A stretch of DNA of 63,454 nucleotides, the filler included, from Octopus bimaculoides (Eukaryota), in the NCBI RefSeq assembly GCF_001194135.2. It is 5 parts of 4 records of this genome, joined end to end, with 100 filler letters (N's around TTAATTAATTAA, not from the genome) between each part and the next. Parts side by side here need not be neighbours in the genome. Positions count along the whole stretch, not along the records: positions 1 to 26,101 come from NC_069010.1; positions 26,202 to 50,191 come from NC_068987.1; 3 more parts are not named here. One strand, 5' to 3'. Positions 24,135-34,956 of this stretch are shown piece after piece. The stretch's first letter is position 1; every line of letters starts with the position of its first letter. The translations under genes and the position numbers were made by a program. Below the pieces are notes generated by a model. That model was not told where the DNA came from, did no database searches, and saw only the letters and a program-made list of their open reading frames with translations.

Positions 24135-25699
24135 AGGTATGAATATTTCAAACAGTAATAGTAAAATAGAAGAATAAAGAGTAACGGTAGTAAGAAGAAT
24201 ATAGGCAGGGGAATAATGTTCACAACTCATCTTTTTCCAGAAGATATGGATGCTGGTCGGTACTTCCATGAAGATACAAACTTTTAGTTAAAATACCAGG
24301 TAAATCCAGGCAACATTTTGGTAGTAAGCTGAATTATGTATTTAAATTGTAAATGTGTATTTAGAGTGAGAAAATACGATGGACATAAATGAGTTTGTGA
24401 GTGGGTGTATGAGAGAGAGAGGGGGAGAGAGAAGGAGAGAGAGAGAGGGGGAGAGAGAGAAGGAGAGAGAAATGCTAAATAGGAGAAAAAATTAGAAGAT
24501 AAGATGTTAGTAAAAGGGAAAAAATTAAGAATAAAATAAAAATATAGATAAAATAATAATAATGAAAATAATTAAACAAAGGATGAGCTAATGACAGATA
24601 TATCCCGAATGGGTTTTGTGAGTGAGTGTGTATGGGAGAGGAGAAAGGGAATAAAAATAAAATAAGATAAAGGTAACAGAGTAAAGAATAAGATAAAAAT
24701 AAATAAAATGAAAGTAAAGGTAACGCTATAGATATGTCAGTATTGTTTGGTGGTTAGGACTGAAGCATTAAAATTTCAATAGAGTGGGGAGAGGAAGACC
24801 TATCTAGGTAAGGTTAGGGTAGGCACTAACAATAGTTTAGTGCAGATATTTAAAGTTGTTATTTGAAGCGTCATAGCCATTAAATGATATCAGATAAAGG
24901 ATTAAGAATTAAACCTAAAATTGAAAAATAAAATCGAAAAATTAGAATTTAAAATATGAACTTAAAATTACAAAGTAGGAAAACTAAAGTCAAAAGACTA
25001 TAAAAATTAAAAATTATTGAGTTGAAATTAGTTACTAAGATAGTTAAGTTGATAGAGAGGTAGGAGAAGAAAAGAAGAGAGTGTACACAAACACACATAT
25101 ACATAGGCATATATACATACATATACACACAGAAACATAGATACACACATATATGCATATAAGGCATGCACATATAGATATACATACACACACACACATA
25201 CATGTATATACATATATTGTAACGACAGTGGATGGATGTGTTATACGTGTAGATTTTGTTTGCATTTGGATCTATGGAAGAATTCAAAGATGTGATAGAA
25301 CTTATGACAACATGTAGAAAAAAGGATTGTTTTGTTTGTTTAGTAATTGCGGTGAATTATGTATTAATATTTGGAAGGCTTCTTTTAGGTATAGTCCACA
25401 AGCAGATTGCTGGCCTTGGTATGGGACCCCAGAATCTATTATGGCTCAGGATATCCTGTATGGTATCCTTCTATTCATTTGATGGTGTATATGGTTGGCT
25501 AGGGAGGTAGATTTGCTATGCTGCTCATATTTAAATTAGTTAGTATGTGCAGAATATCTGTTTAAAATTGAGAGTAGATCTGATATAGTAGTTAGTAGAA
25601 TTATGAGATATGTTGTGGACCATGCATTTGTATACTACATTAAATCCTTTGCAATGGCCATTTGGTCATGGATTCTCCCCGTCTAACATATTCACACCT

Positions 25700-25777
25700 T
25701 GTCTCTGATGACGGAATACCCACTGCATGGATATGCTAACCAACCACTTGGCTTTTCTCAGAAACAGCTGTAAGATT
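25700..25777 (+). ncRNA. Hammerhead motif in inverted PLE pseudo-LTR (core intact, stem II decayed)
   Basis: TGTCT-CTGATGA(25705-25711)...GAAA(25761-25764)-C-AGCT-G-T-A/AGA. Inverted copy of 24030-24153. Confidence 0.65.
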
Positions 25778-25800
25778 TCAAATTCAACTTACCCTAATTG

Positions 25801-25954
25801 AATTTACATTATTTACATTATTTACATTTGATGGATATTTGTCCTCATCTTGTTTGTTGTTAACACAACGTTTTGGCTGATATACCCTCCAGCCTTCATC
25901 AAGTGTCTTGGGGAAATTTCGAACCTGGGTTCTCATTCATAAGGTATTTTTCGA

Positions 25955-26009
<55 letters not shown>

Positions 26010-26095
26010 GTTCAGGTCACTGCTTGGAATCGAACTTGGAATCTTGGGGTTAGTAGCTCGCGCTCTTAACCACTACGCCATATGCCGTGGGATGA
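25801..26095 (-). mobile_element. tRNA-headed SINE-like element with internal (AAT)n, hammerhead and (AATGTAAAT)3 tail
   Basis: A box TGGCGTAGTGG (26080-26070), B box GTTCGATTCC (26035-26026) at tRNA-like spacing, (AAT)n ~25955-26009, hammerhead 25908-25860, 9-bp tandem tail 25802-25828. Confidence 0.75.
25860..25908 (-). ncRNA. Minimal hammerhead motif (two core substitutions) in a tRNA-headed repeat
   Basis: GACAC-TTGATGA-A-GGCTG-GAGGGTATAT-CAGCC-AAAA-C-GT-T/GTGTT. Stems I (GACAC/GTGTT) and II (GGCTG/CAGCC) pair. Core differs from CTGATGA...GAAA at two positions, one explicable by CpG decay. Confidence 0.65.
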
Positions 26096-26101
26096 AGACA
26101 A

Positions 26102-26200
26102 NNNNNNNNNNNNNNNNNNNNNNNNNNNNNNNNNNNNNNNNNNNNTTAATTAATTAANNNNNNNNNNNNNNNNNNNNNNNNNNNNNNNNNNNNNNNNNNN
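26102..26200. other. Artificial join: N gap with TTAATTAATTAA linker (also 50192-50291, 52303-52402, 60787-60886)
   Basis: Identical 12-mer centred in four ~100-nt gaps (26146-26157, 50236-50247, 52347-52358, 60831-60842); encodes TAA in all six frames. Confidence 0.95.
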
Positions 26201-29200
26201 NAATTCCTGTTTTTAAATGTTGGTATCTCCCCTCTCTCTTTCTCTTTCTCTCTTACACACACTCATCATATCTTTGGAACAGCAACAACCACAAAAATGA
26301 TTTTTTTTTTTCTTTTTCATAATTTTCTTTCATTTCATCTTATTGTACATTCTGAAACATGTAACTCACATTAAAAGGAGAAAAATCTTACCCCACTCTT
26401 CCTTCCTTGGAAAAGTCAAGCATCACAAGTGTTATGTGTGAAAAACGAAATTTGAATTTTGCAAAAGTGTATCTATGAAGTGACATTTTCAGTCATTTAT
26501 TTAAACACTGCTAACTCACCAAATTCAGTTAATTGAACTAGATGGGTTTTGAGATTTAAATTTTGTAATTTTTTAAGACTTTAATTCTTGTGTATAAGCT
26601 GCCCACCGAATTTGAAGTGCCCTGGGACCCCCATGGTTTGAATCCGGCTCTGGTAGAAAACACAGAATTGCCAAGTGAATAATGACCGACAATAATAGAA
26701 CTATTAACAACACTGGAAACTAATAAAACATTTTAGCTAACACCGATGAATTAATTACAGTAATCTAATATGCCACAATCTGCAATCTGGGATTAATATA
26801 TCCAGTGATTTTTAAGAGGTATGTAAAAGATATTTTGTTTTAATACTATAATTTTACTTGCTTCACACACACAAACACTAATGTGGTTTTTGTAAGGATT
26901 TTGTATCATTCTTTCTCTCTCCTGTTCAGACTTTGGTACCACTAATTTTTATAACTTCAGTATTTTCACTTATTATTCTTTTCAAACTTGTTTGAATTTT
27001 CAATGTAATGTAATCCACACTCTAGAAAACGTATTTCTGCAAAATATTATCTTAAAATATGGATAAAGAAAAGTGGCTNNNNNNNNNNNNNNNNNNNNNN
27101 NNNNNNNNNNNNNNNNNNNNNNNNNNNNNNNNNNNNNNNNNNNNNNNNNNNNNNNNNNNNNNNNNNNNNNNNNNNNNNNNNNNNNNNNNNNNNNNNNNNN
27201 NNNNNNNNNNNNNNNNNNNNNNNNNNNNNNNNNNNNNNNNNNNNNNNNNNNNNNNNNNNNNNNNNNNNNNNNNNNNNNNNNNNNNNNNNNNNNNNNNNNN
27301 NNNNNNNNNNNNNNNNNNNNNNNNNNNNNNNNNNNNNNNNNNNNNNNNNNNNNNNNNNNNNNNNNNNNNNNNNNNNNNNNNNNNNNNNNNNNNNNNNNNN
27401 NNNNNNNNNNNNNNNNNNNNNNNNNNNNNNNNNNNNNNNNNNNNNNNNNNNNNNNNNNNNNNNNNNNNNNNNNNNNNNNNNNNNNNNNNNNNNNNNNNNN
27501 NNNNNNNNNNNNNNNNNNNNNNNNNNNNNNNNNNNNNNNNNNNNNNNNNNNNNNNNNNNNNNNNNNNNNNNNNNNNNNNNNNNNNNNNNNNNNNNNNNNN
27601 NNNNNNNNNNNNNNNNNNNNNNNNNNNNNNNNNNNNNNNNNNNNNNNNNNNNNNNNNNNNNNNNNNNNNNNNNNNNNNNNNNNNNNNNNNNNNNNNNNNN
27701 NNNNNNNNNNNNNNNNNNNNNNNNNNNNNNNNNNNNNNNNNNNNNNNNNNNNNNNNNNNNNNNNNNNNNNNNNNNNNNNNNNNNNNNNNNNNGGATTCCG
27801 TAAAAAAATCAATATATATCCATTTTACCGGAAGTTATGACGGAAAAATCGGATCTTGTGAATTTTCTGAAAGTCCCCTCCTCACCCCCAGGGTAGTCAG
27901 TGCGCATTTTTTTTTTTTTTCATATTCGTTTTCTACATACTTGTTAACACCCACCAGTCTGGTTTATTATTATTTTTTTTTTTGGTTCCCGAGTGAAGAT
28001 CTTTATATTAACCCCAAAATCAATCACCATATCTCCGCAGCTTCAAAGATACTTACCTGTTTATTTTTTTGTGGTTTTTGTTTTTACTAACAAATGTGAT
28101 TAACAAATTAAAGGAATATCAAAGGTTCCAATTTAAAGTTGTGTTAATTACACTTTCGAGAGTTTTATTTGCTTCTACTGTATATTGAACATACACATAC
28201 AAACTTTTCTCATCAATTTATATACTCGAAAAATTATTAAAGCAATTTTTTTCTCAACATAGATGGTCACCATATACATGGTATTTTGTGTTAATAACGA
28301 ACATTAGTAATCGTATTTCAATGTATTTATGAACGTGTGGATGTAATTCCACTGCATTTCGTTTTCCGTTTAACTGACTATTCTTTGTTTGTTTGTTTTT
28401 TTCTAACTGTTGAACAGAGGATTTTAGTACATTTAAAAAAGTTGACAGAAACTATTTTGAAAAACAACCAATTCTATAAATTTATGGAATTCTTTCGTTA
28501 CAAACAGCATGGTATTCTTTCGAATAACAAATTTACTTAGTTACAATTAACTAATTAAAATCCCTAAGCTTGGCTATAGCAATTAATTAAACTTCAACGA
28601 AACAAGGGCATTAACTTTTTTCGGTAGGTAAGTACGAAGGTGATGGACAATGAAAACTTGTTGTTTTCATTCACACTATAAGTTTCTAAAAATTTATTTA
28701 CTTTAATTCCTTTTACTAAAACCATTAGTTAGATCGCCAGTCAATTATATCAATTATATTTCTTTTCAGAAAAAAAAATTCTACTAAAGCAAAAGAATTA
28801 ATTATTGAATATTTTGATGGTGACACCTGTGTTAATCTAAGAACTCGGCTTTTTAACTTTGCGGATCGATATTGTTGTCTGTAGACTTACTAGCTAAGGG
28901 GACAATGTGACAAAGTTAAAGGGAAAACAGGTGGGGTAGCAGGCAGTAGAGAGCTAATGTTGTTTTTCTTTAGGGTATCAGTTCAAATTGACTCTACTTG
29001 ATAAGTAAATACGAAGGCAGTGATCGATGCAACTCACAATACCCTAATCCCCTTCAAAAATGCTCTTATGCCAAATTTGAATTTATTAACATTACCGCCA
29101 CCATCTATTTCGTAACGTTTTAAGGTCAATATTGTCCAAAATATCTCAAATACGAAGGAAAATAATTTAAAAAATTTGCCCCTGGAAAGAAAATTTTAAT

Positions 29201-29731
29201 TAGATATACACTTATTAAATATCCTAAGATACCAATAATTTTATGTAATATACTAACGATTTTATGAAATATAAAACACAAAATATGTTAATACACAAAT
29301 AAATGAAATACGCTAATTTATGTAATACTCTGCTAACAGAAAAGTTCGAAAAAAAACAAACAAATTATAAACTTAATTCTGTTTATGTGATTTTAGAAGA
29401 GAAAACAGAAAAAAATGGACACTGTGAAGTAAAATTGATGGTGAATTTCACATGGGAAAAAATTAGATTAAGATAATAGCAGGTAGCTGTGGATAAGTTA
29501 ACAGAAGCAACACGTAACCTGGAGAGAAAATTTGGGCCGATAAAATCATTTTATCAATCATGTTATCAACTGATGTAAATTGTCAACTATGATGAATGGT
29601 ATATTAACGACACATGAGGCAAAATTCTGTATAGCTAATTGTCAAACAAAAATACCGAAGTATAATTTTTTTTTAATTACATCAAAATATGAATTTCACT
29701 TTGCGACGTAAAAAATAGGCATAACTGCAAT

Positions 29732-30208
29732 TTGGTGCCCCACCAACTAATTTTGTTTCATTGCAATTTTCTGAAAAATGCACACTTTTTAACGAAACTT
29801 TGCAAAGATACATTTTTGAGGGTGTCGATTGCGGACAAGCTGATATTTGATATTTTTTTCTTTTGGTTTCAGGTCATTCTAATCCTGTCCCAACTTTGTT
29901 TCCTCATAACTTTCTTTAAAATGCAGGTTTTGAAATGGCATTTTGCAAAAATACGCTTTCGTGAGTGTAGATTACCTGTTGTTAATGCTTCAAGACTATA
30001 TCTAGAAACAAGTGAAAGTTGTTTTAATTTCGAAAATTGCTGATAAAGTCGGGGAAGGAGAGAACGATCTGAAACTCAAACTTTTTTTCTCTAAATTTTA
30101 TCAACATAATTGTAATCTACACCCTCAAAAATGTACTTCTGTATAGTTTCATTGAAAAATATGCATTTTTCAGAATTTTATATGGAAACAAAGTCGCGGG
30201 GTACCAAC
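29732..30208. mobile_element. MITE with ~100-bp imperfect TIRs
   Basis: ttggtgcccc...ctgaaaaatgca...catttttgagggtgt (29732-29835) versus rc at 30108-30208. Related fragment at ~50292-50355. Confidence 0.6.
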
Positions 30209-31015
30209 GTGTAGTTTATGCCAAGCATGGTATCATTTTTGTAGTTATGCCATAAAACTTTTGACTAGTTAGTTACTCGCTCTTAAAGCAGTAAAAAAGG
30301 AAGGTGCAAATACGTAGTATAAATATTTCAATCGATTTACCTGAACTAGATGAGAAATTTAGTAGAAATCCTTTAGCATTTAGTCCGATCGGGCAATTCA
30401 AGAAACAATTAGAGTCTATTTTAGTCTCTTTTAATAGGATAAACGTGAATTCTAACGCATTACTTACGCTGAAATTAACAACAAAAGTAATAATAAAAAC
30501 AGCATATGATGACATTATTTTAGTAATCGCAGTTTCGAATCGATAAATTTATTCAGTTTCAAGTATTATAGAAGCAATTTGTATAATTTAATTTAAATAA
30601 TCAAAGATTATTATAAATAAAATTGACTGCTTTATTCAATTTTAAATTTTGAATAGATAATCGTTTATCGATGCTAAATAGTTAAAGTAGCAACTGTTGC
30701 TGCAAATAACAACAAAAAATGGAAATGGGGAAACTTTGCAAACTTTCTGAATTCACATTTATTATGTTTAATTTCAAATGTAAAACTGGAAAAATGTGAT
30801 GGGGAAGAGTTTGAACGGGATTTCTTTCTTCATTTTTTTTTAATAAGCAAATGAAATGCGGACAAATGCACCCTTTTTTTATTAGTGTTTGTGTGCGAGA
30901 GGAAGGAAGGAAGAATAACGAGATGAAAACAAACTTATTACATAAAAAAACATTTTTTTTCCTACCTGGAAAATTTACATTACATATGAAAAAAGATGAG
31001 ATTACAACAACTTAC

Positions 31016-31298
31016 CGTTTTTGTGATTGCCACCAAGGAACATCAAAGTCAAAAGATGAGGGTAAGTGGTTTCCAGGGCATGACACAAGTTCTGAAAAGC
31101 AAGCATTCCTTTGGACGGTAATATGTCGAGTAGTTTTTCAACTTTGGCCGTCTTTGATGTTTGACTATTGATTGTCGAAATGTCATCATCACTGAGTACA
31201 TCAGCACTTTTCAGAATAGAATAAATCCGATCAACATCAATAGCCCGAACAAATTTGGATCTGTGTAATTCCAAGAGTTCCTTATGCTTCTCATCCAT
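31016..31298 (-). CDS. DLG5: DLG5 (discs large 5) first coding exon, N-terminal CARD domain (283 nt, ends phase 1)
   Basis: MDEKHKELLELHRSKFVRAIDVDRIYSILKSADVLS...FQNLCHALETTYPHLLTLMFLGG is CARD-like. Its end resembles recalled human DLG5 FQDLRAALEKTQPHLLPILYLNG. In-frame upstream stop; perfect donor G|GTAAGT at 31015-31010. Confidence 0.83.
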
Positions 31299-31896
31299 CT
31301 TTCATGGCCAATTATAGTTGAGTGCATTAAGAGAAAATATTCCGATTACACAGGCTTTTACCATAAGAGAACCTTGTACAACTTGTCTAGTATTGAGAAA
31401 CGACCGAAGAGAGAACAGAGCGATGTAAGACACATACGTGTCAAATGGAACCAAAGTGTCTCAGACCGTCGGCCATATTCTTCGTTGATGGAAATCCAAA
31501 CTTTTTATTCTTTTAGTCTTTTCTTCTCCTCTTTCTCTCTTTCTTTCTGATCTATAGAACATAAATAACTAATTTGAAGAGAATTTATTTCTTTGGCGAC
31601 CAAAGAAAAGACGTTGTTCACTATTAAAGGAAATAGTGAATCAATAATAATTACTAATAATTAATAGCTTAATTAAAGTTGCTAAAATAAAAGAATAAGA
31701 AAGAGGACGAAGAAAAAACTTACTATACTTATAAAGTTGTTTTAAAAATAGGATATGCATCAATTGAAAAAATGGAACGTTTTATAATATGCTGAGACAT
31801 CGACTTTCAGCATTATCTAAGTGTCTTTGTATTAGAAATAACACTTGACTCAGAGACGAGGAAACTGATGTTTAGAAACTAATTCTTCAAAGTTAC

Positions 31897-31990
31897 TTCC
31901 TTCGTTCTTTCCAGCGTCGCCATCTTGAAGTGAAGGCATCAACAAGATTCTGGCCCTATTACAACCATATTTGGAGAAGTGGGCGGGGCA
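31897..31990 (-). promoter_or_regulatory. Probable DLG5 promoter / non-coding first exon
   Basis: YY1-type CAAGATGGCG (rc of 31918-31927), CArG box CCATATTTGG (31965-31974), GC box GGGCGGGG (31981-31988), possible donor GAA|GTAACT at 31896, possible acceptor ttctatag| at 31552. Confidence 0.5.
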
Positions 31991-32046
31991 TTCATCGCAC
32001 TTATAATTTGATTATTCATGTACACATCCCCATGCGTAACAAGATG

Positions 32047-32107
<61 letters not shown>

Positions 32108-32323
32108 GTTTCTGTTTAGTTCAAGATTCGACAGATCCCTGTCAGGGTTTCCTTCTGCTTTATTATATAGACCATGCAAATGCATGTTATGATAGCATCA
32201 AAAGACGCCTTTATATACACACACACACAGATAAATACTGCGTACCCAAAACTAAAATTTCATTCCTCCTTTGCTCCGAGTTTCCCGATCCATGAAAATT
32301 ATCCAAGAATGAGACTCCCCCCT

Positions 32324-32354
<31 letters not shown>

Positions 32355-32539
32355 ATTCTCTCTCTCTCTCTTTCTATCTATCTGTTAATATTTAGCAGAA
32401 GCAAGACACGCACACACACACACACACACACTCACTCACATATATATCCAAATGTATGAGTCTGTGTTTGTGTATTTATGAATGTGAAACACTCTAAAAA
32501 CTTTTTTCAGAAACCTTCTTCTTCTTCTTCTTCTTCTTC

Positions 32540-32577
<38 letters not shown>

Positions 32578-32874
32578 ATATAACTGTTGACATTTCGTTA
32601 ACTGACAAAATAAAATAAAAGCCATAAAAGGTAGTCTATCTCATATTCACAGCTCAAATAACTGCTATCTGGAACACTCCACCCTTAAATATATTTACCC
32701 AGATAGTATCAGTCAGCGTGGTCAATATTTTGCTTGCGAATTTGAGGAAGATTCTTTACAAATGACAACGATTTTTCTATCAGTTCAAGACCATATTTAA
32801 AGGCACAGGCCAATATCATAGAATTATTTTCAATTCCTTGTTCTTGTTTTCTTGATACTATCTATTCAGACGAG

Positions 32875-33360
32875 ATCATCATCATTTAATGTCCGTTTTC
32901 CATGCTGGCATGGGTTGGACGGTTTCATAAGGGCTGGCTAGGCAGAAGATTGTGCTAGGCCTCGCTGTTTTGACAGGCTTTTCACAGCTGGATGCCCTTC
33001 CTAACACCAACCACCTTACAAAGTGGACCAAATGATTTTTACATGGCACTAGCACCAGTGAGGCTTGTTTTGGCATGGTGTTTTTGCAGTTGGATACCCT
33101 TCCAAACACCAACCACTTTACAGAGTGGACTGGATGCACCAGCACTGGGATGGGGATCACCAAGTAACTTGCAAGACAAAGATCCTTTGAGAGGGTGGGG
33201 ACATTGTGGGGAGGTGGCCCTGTGCCAGGTGATAAAAGGCTAGAGTGTGACAGAGGAATAGAAACAAGTGTTTTGCTGTAGAGGAGATACATGGTTACCC
33301 AGTCAGAGGGAGAGAGATCAACAATAAGGACAGAAACAGATGTGTTTCTGAGATCTAGCA
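32875..33360 (-). mobile_element. RTE-tail-related element (similar copies at 35371-35800, 45078-45350, 18175-18380 on +)
   Basis: catcatttaatgtccgttttccatgctggcatgggttgga...ctggatgcccttcctaacaccaaccac shared among the copies. Confidence 0.7.
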
Positions 33361-33557
33361 CATTAATGTCCTTTGTATGTTAGACAACACATTTGCTTTT
33401 AAAATCTCATATTGGTTTCTGTAGAGTATAAATAGATCAATGCAAATACATGAATTATCTCTTGGCCCTGTGTCACTTCGTAACTTCTGCTGATTAAATA
33501 TATAAATAAGTGGAGAGGGGTGGATGTGTGCATGTATATGTATGCATATATATGTAT

Positions 33558-34955
33558 ATCATCATCATCGTTTAACGTCCGCTTTCCATGCTAGCATGGG
33601 TTGGACGATTTGACTGAGGACTGGTGAAACCAGATGGCTACACCAGGCTCCAATCTGATTTGGCAAAGTTTCTACAGCTGGATGCGCTTCCTAACGCCAA
33701 CCACTCAGAGAGTGTAGTGGGTGCTTTTACGTGCCACCGGCACAAAGGCCGGTCAGGTGGTACTGGCAACAGCCACGCTCAAAATGGTGTATTTTATGTG
33801 CCACCCGCACAAGAGCCAGTCCAGGGGCACTGGCAATGATCTAGCTCAAAAGTCCTTACACGTGCCATGGGCACAAGTGCCAGAAAGGCATCGCTGGGCA
33901 CAGGTGCCATCNNNNNNNNNNNNNNNNNNNNNNNNNNNNNNNNNNNNNNNNNNNNNNNNNNNNNNNNNNNNNNNNNNNNNNNNNNNNNNNNNNNNNNNNN
34001 NNNNNNNNNNNNNNNNNNNNNNNNNNNNNNNNNNNNNCAAATTTAGTTCGATTTCGATTTCACTTGCCTCAACAGGTCTTCGCAAGTGGAGTTTAGTGTC
34101 CAATGAAGGAAAGGTACGCATAAGTGGGCTGGCTATACCCCTGGCAGAGGCCTTGGATGTAGGTCTCACTTGGCTTGCCGGGTCTTCTCACACACAGCAT
34201 ATTTCCAAAGGTCTCGGTCAGAAGTCATCGCCTCGGTGAGGCCCAATGTTCGAAGGACTTGCCTCACCACCTCATCCCAGGTCTTCCTGGGCCTACCTCT
34301 TCCACAGGTTCCCTCAACAGCTAGGGTGTGGCACTTTTTCACACAGCTATCCTCGTCCATTCTCGCCACATGACCACCATACCAACGCAATCGTCTCTCT
34401 TGCAAACCACAACTGATGCTTCTAAGGTTCAACTTTTCTCTCAAGGTACTTACACACTGTCTGGTATGCACACTGACATTACACATCCATCGGAACATAC
34501 TGGCTTCATTCCTTGCGAGCCTACGCATGTCTTCAGCAGTCACGGCCCATGTTTCACTGCCATGAAGCATGGCTGTTCGTACACATGCGTCATACAGTCT
34601 GCCTTTTACTCTGAGAGAGAGACCCTTTGTCACCAGCAGAGGTAAGAGCTCTCTGAACTTTGCCCAGTCTATTCTTATTCTAGCAGCTACACTTTCAGCG
34701 CACCCTCCCCCACTACTAACTCAGCCCTCTCCTATTTATCATAGTCCTCCAGGCGATAATAGAGGAATTCAAGACAAGATGCCCCTGGGAGCTCCTCTAT
34801 GCTGATGACCTTGCACTAATTGTTGAGTCACTATCAGAACTAGAAGAGAAGTTTCAGGTGTGGAAGCAAGGACTAGAATCGAAGGGCCTTAGAGTCAACC
34901 TAGCTAAAACCAAAGTCCTAATAAGTAGGAAGGCAGACAAGCCACAAATCCCTTT
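33558..34955 (-). mobile_element. RTE LINE with 5' inversion (33558-34721 minus, 34720-34955 inverted)
   Basis: ORF 34166-34633 is RTE C-terminus. 34722-34955 is upstream RT sequence (LSPLLFIIVL...YADD...KPQIP) on the opposite strand. 2-bp CT microhomology at the junction. Confidence 0.88.
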
Positions 34956-34956
34956 T

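Larger units (their letters stand above)
23835..25805 (-). mobile_element. 5'-truncated Penelope-like element remnant with GIY-YIG fragment and inverted pseudo-LTR
   Basis: Minus strand ~25675-25290 gives frameshifted NGHCKGFNVVYKCMV...YYIRST.NFKQ / STSLANHIHHQ...YRIS*AII...CGLYLKEAFQILIH...LLNK (PLE GIY-YIG pattern). ~124-bp inverted repeat at 24030-24153 / 25681-25804 contains the hammerhead. Left boundary approximate. Confidence 0.75.

Noticed and set aside
29400-29522. Minus-strand acceptor ttttctctccag| as a possible DLG5 exon 2
   Set aside because: Stop after 18 codons and no donor.
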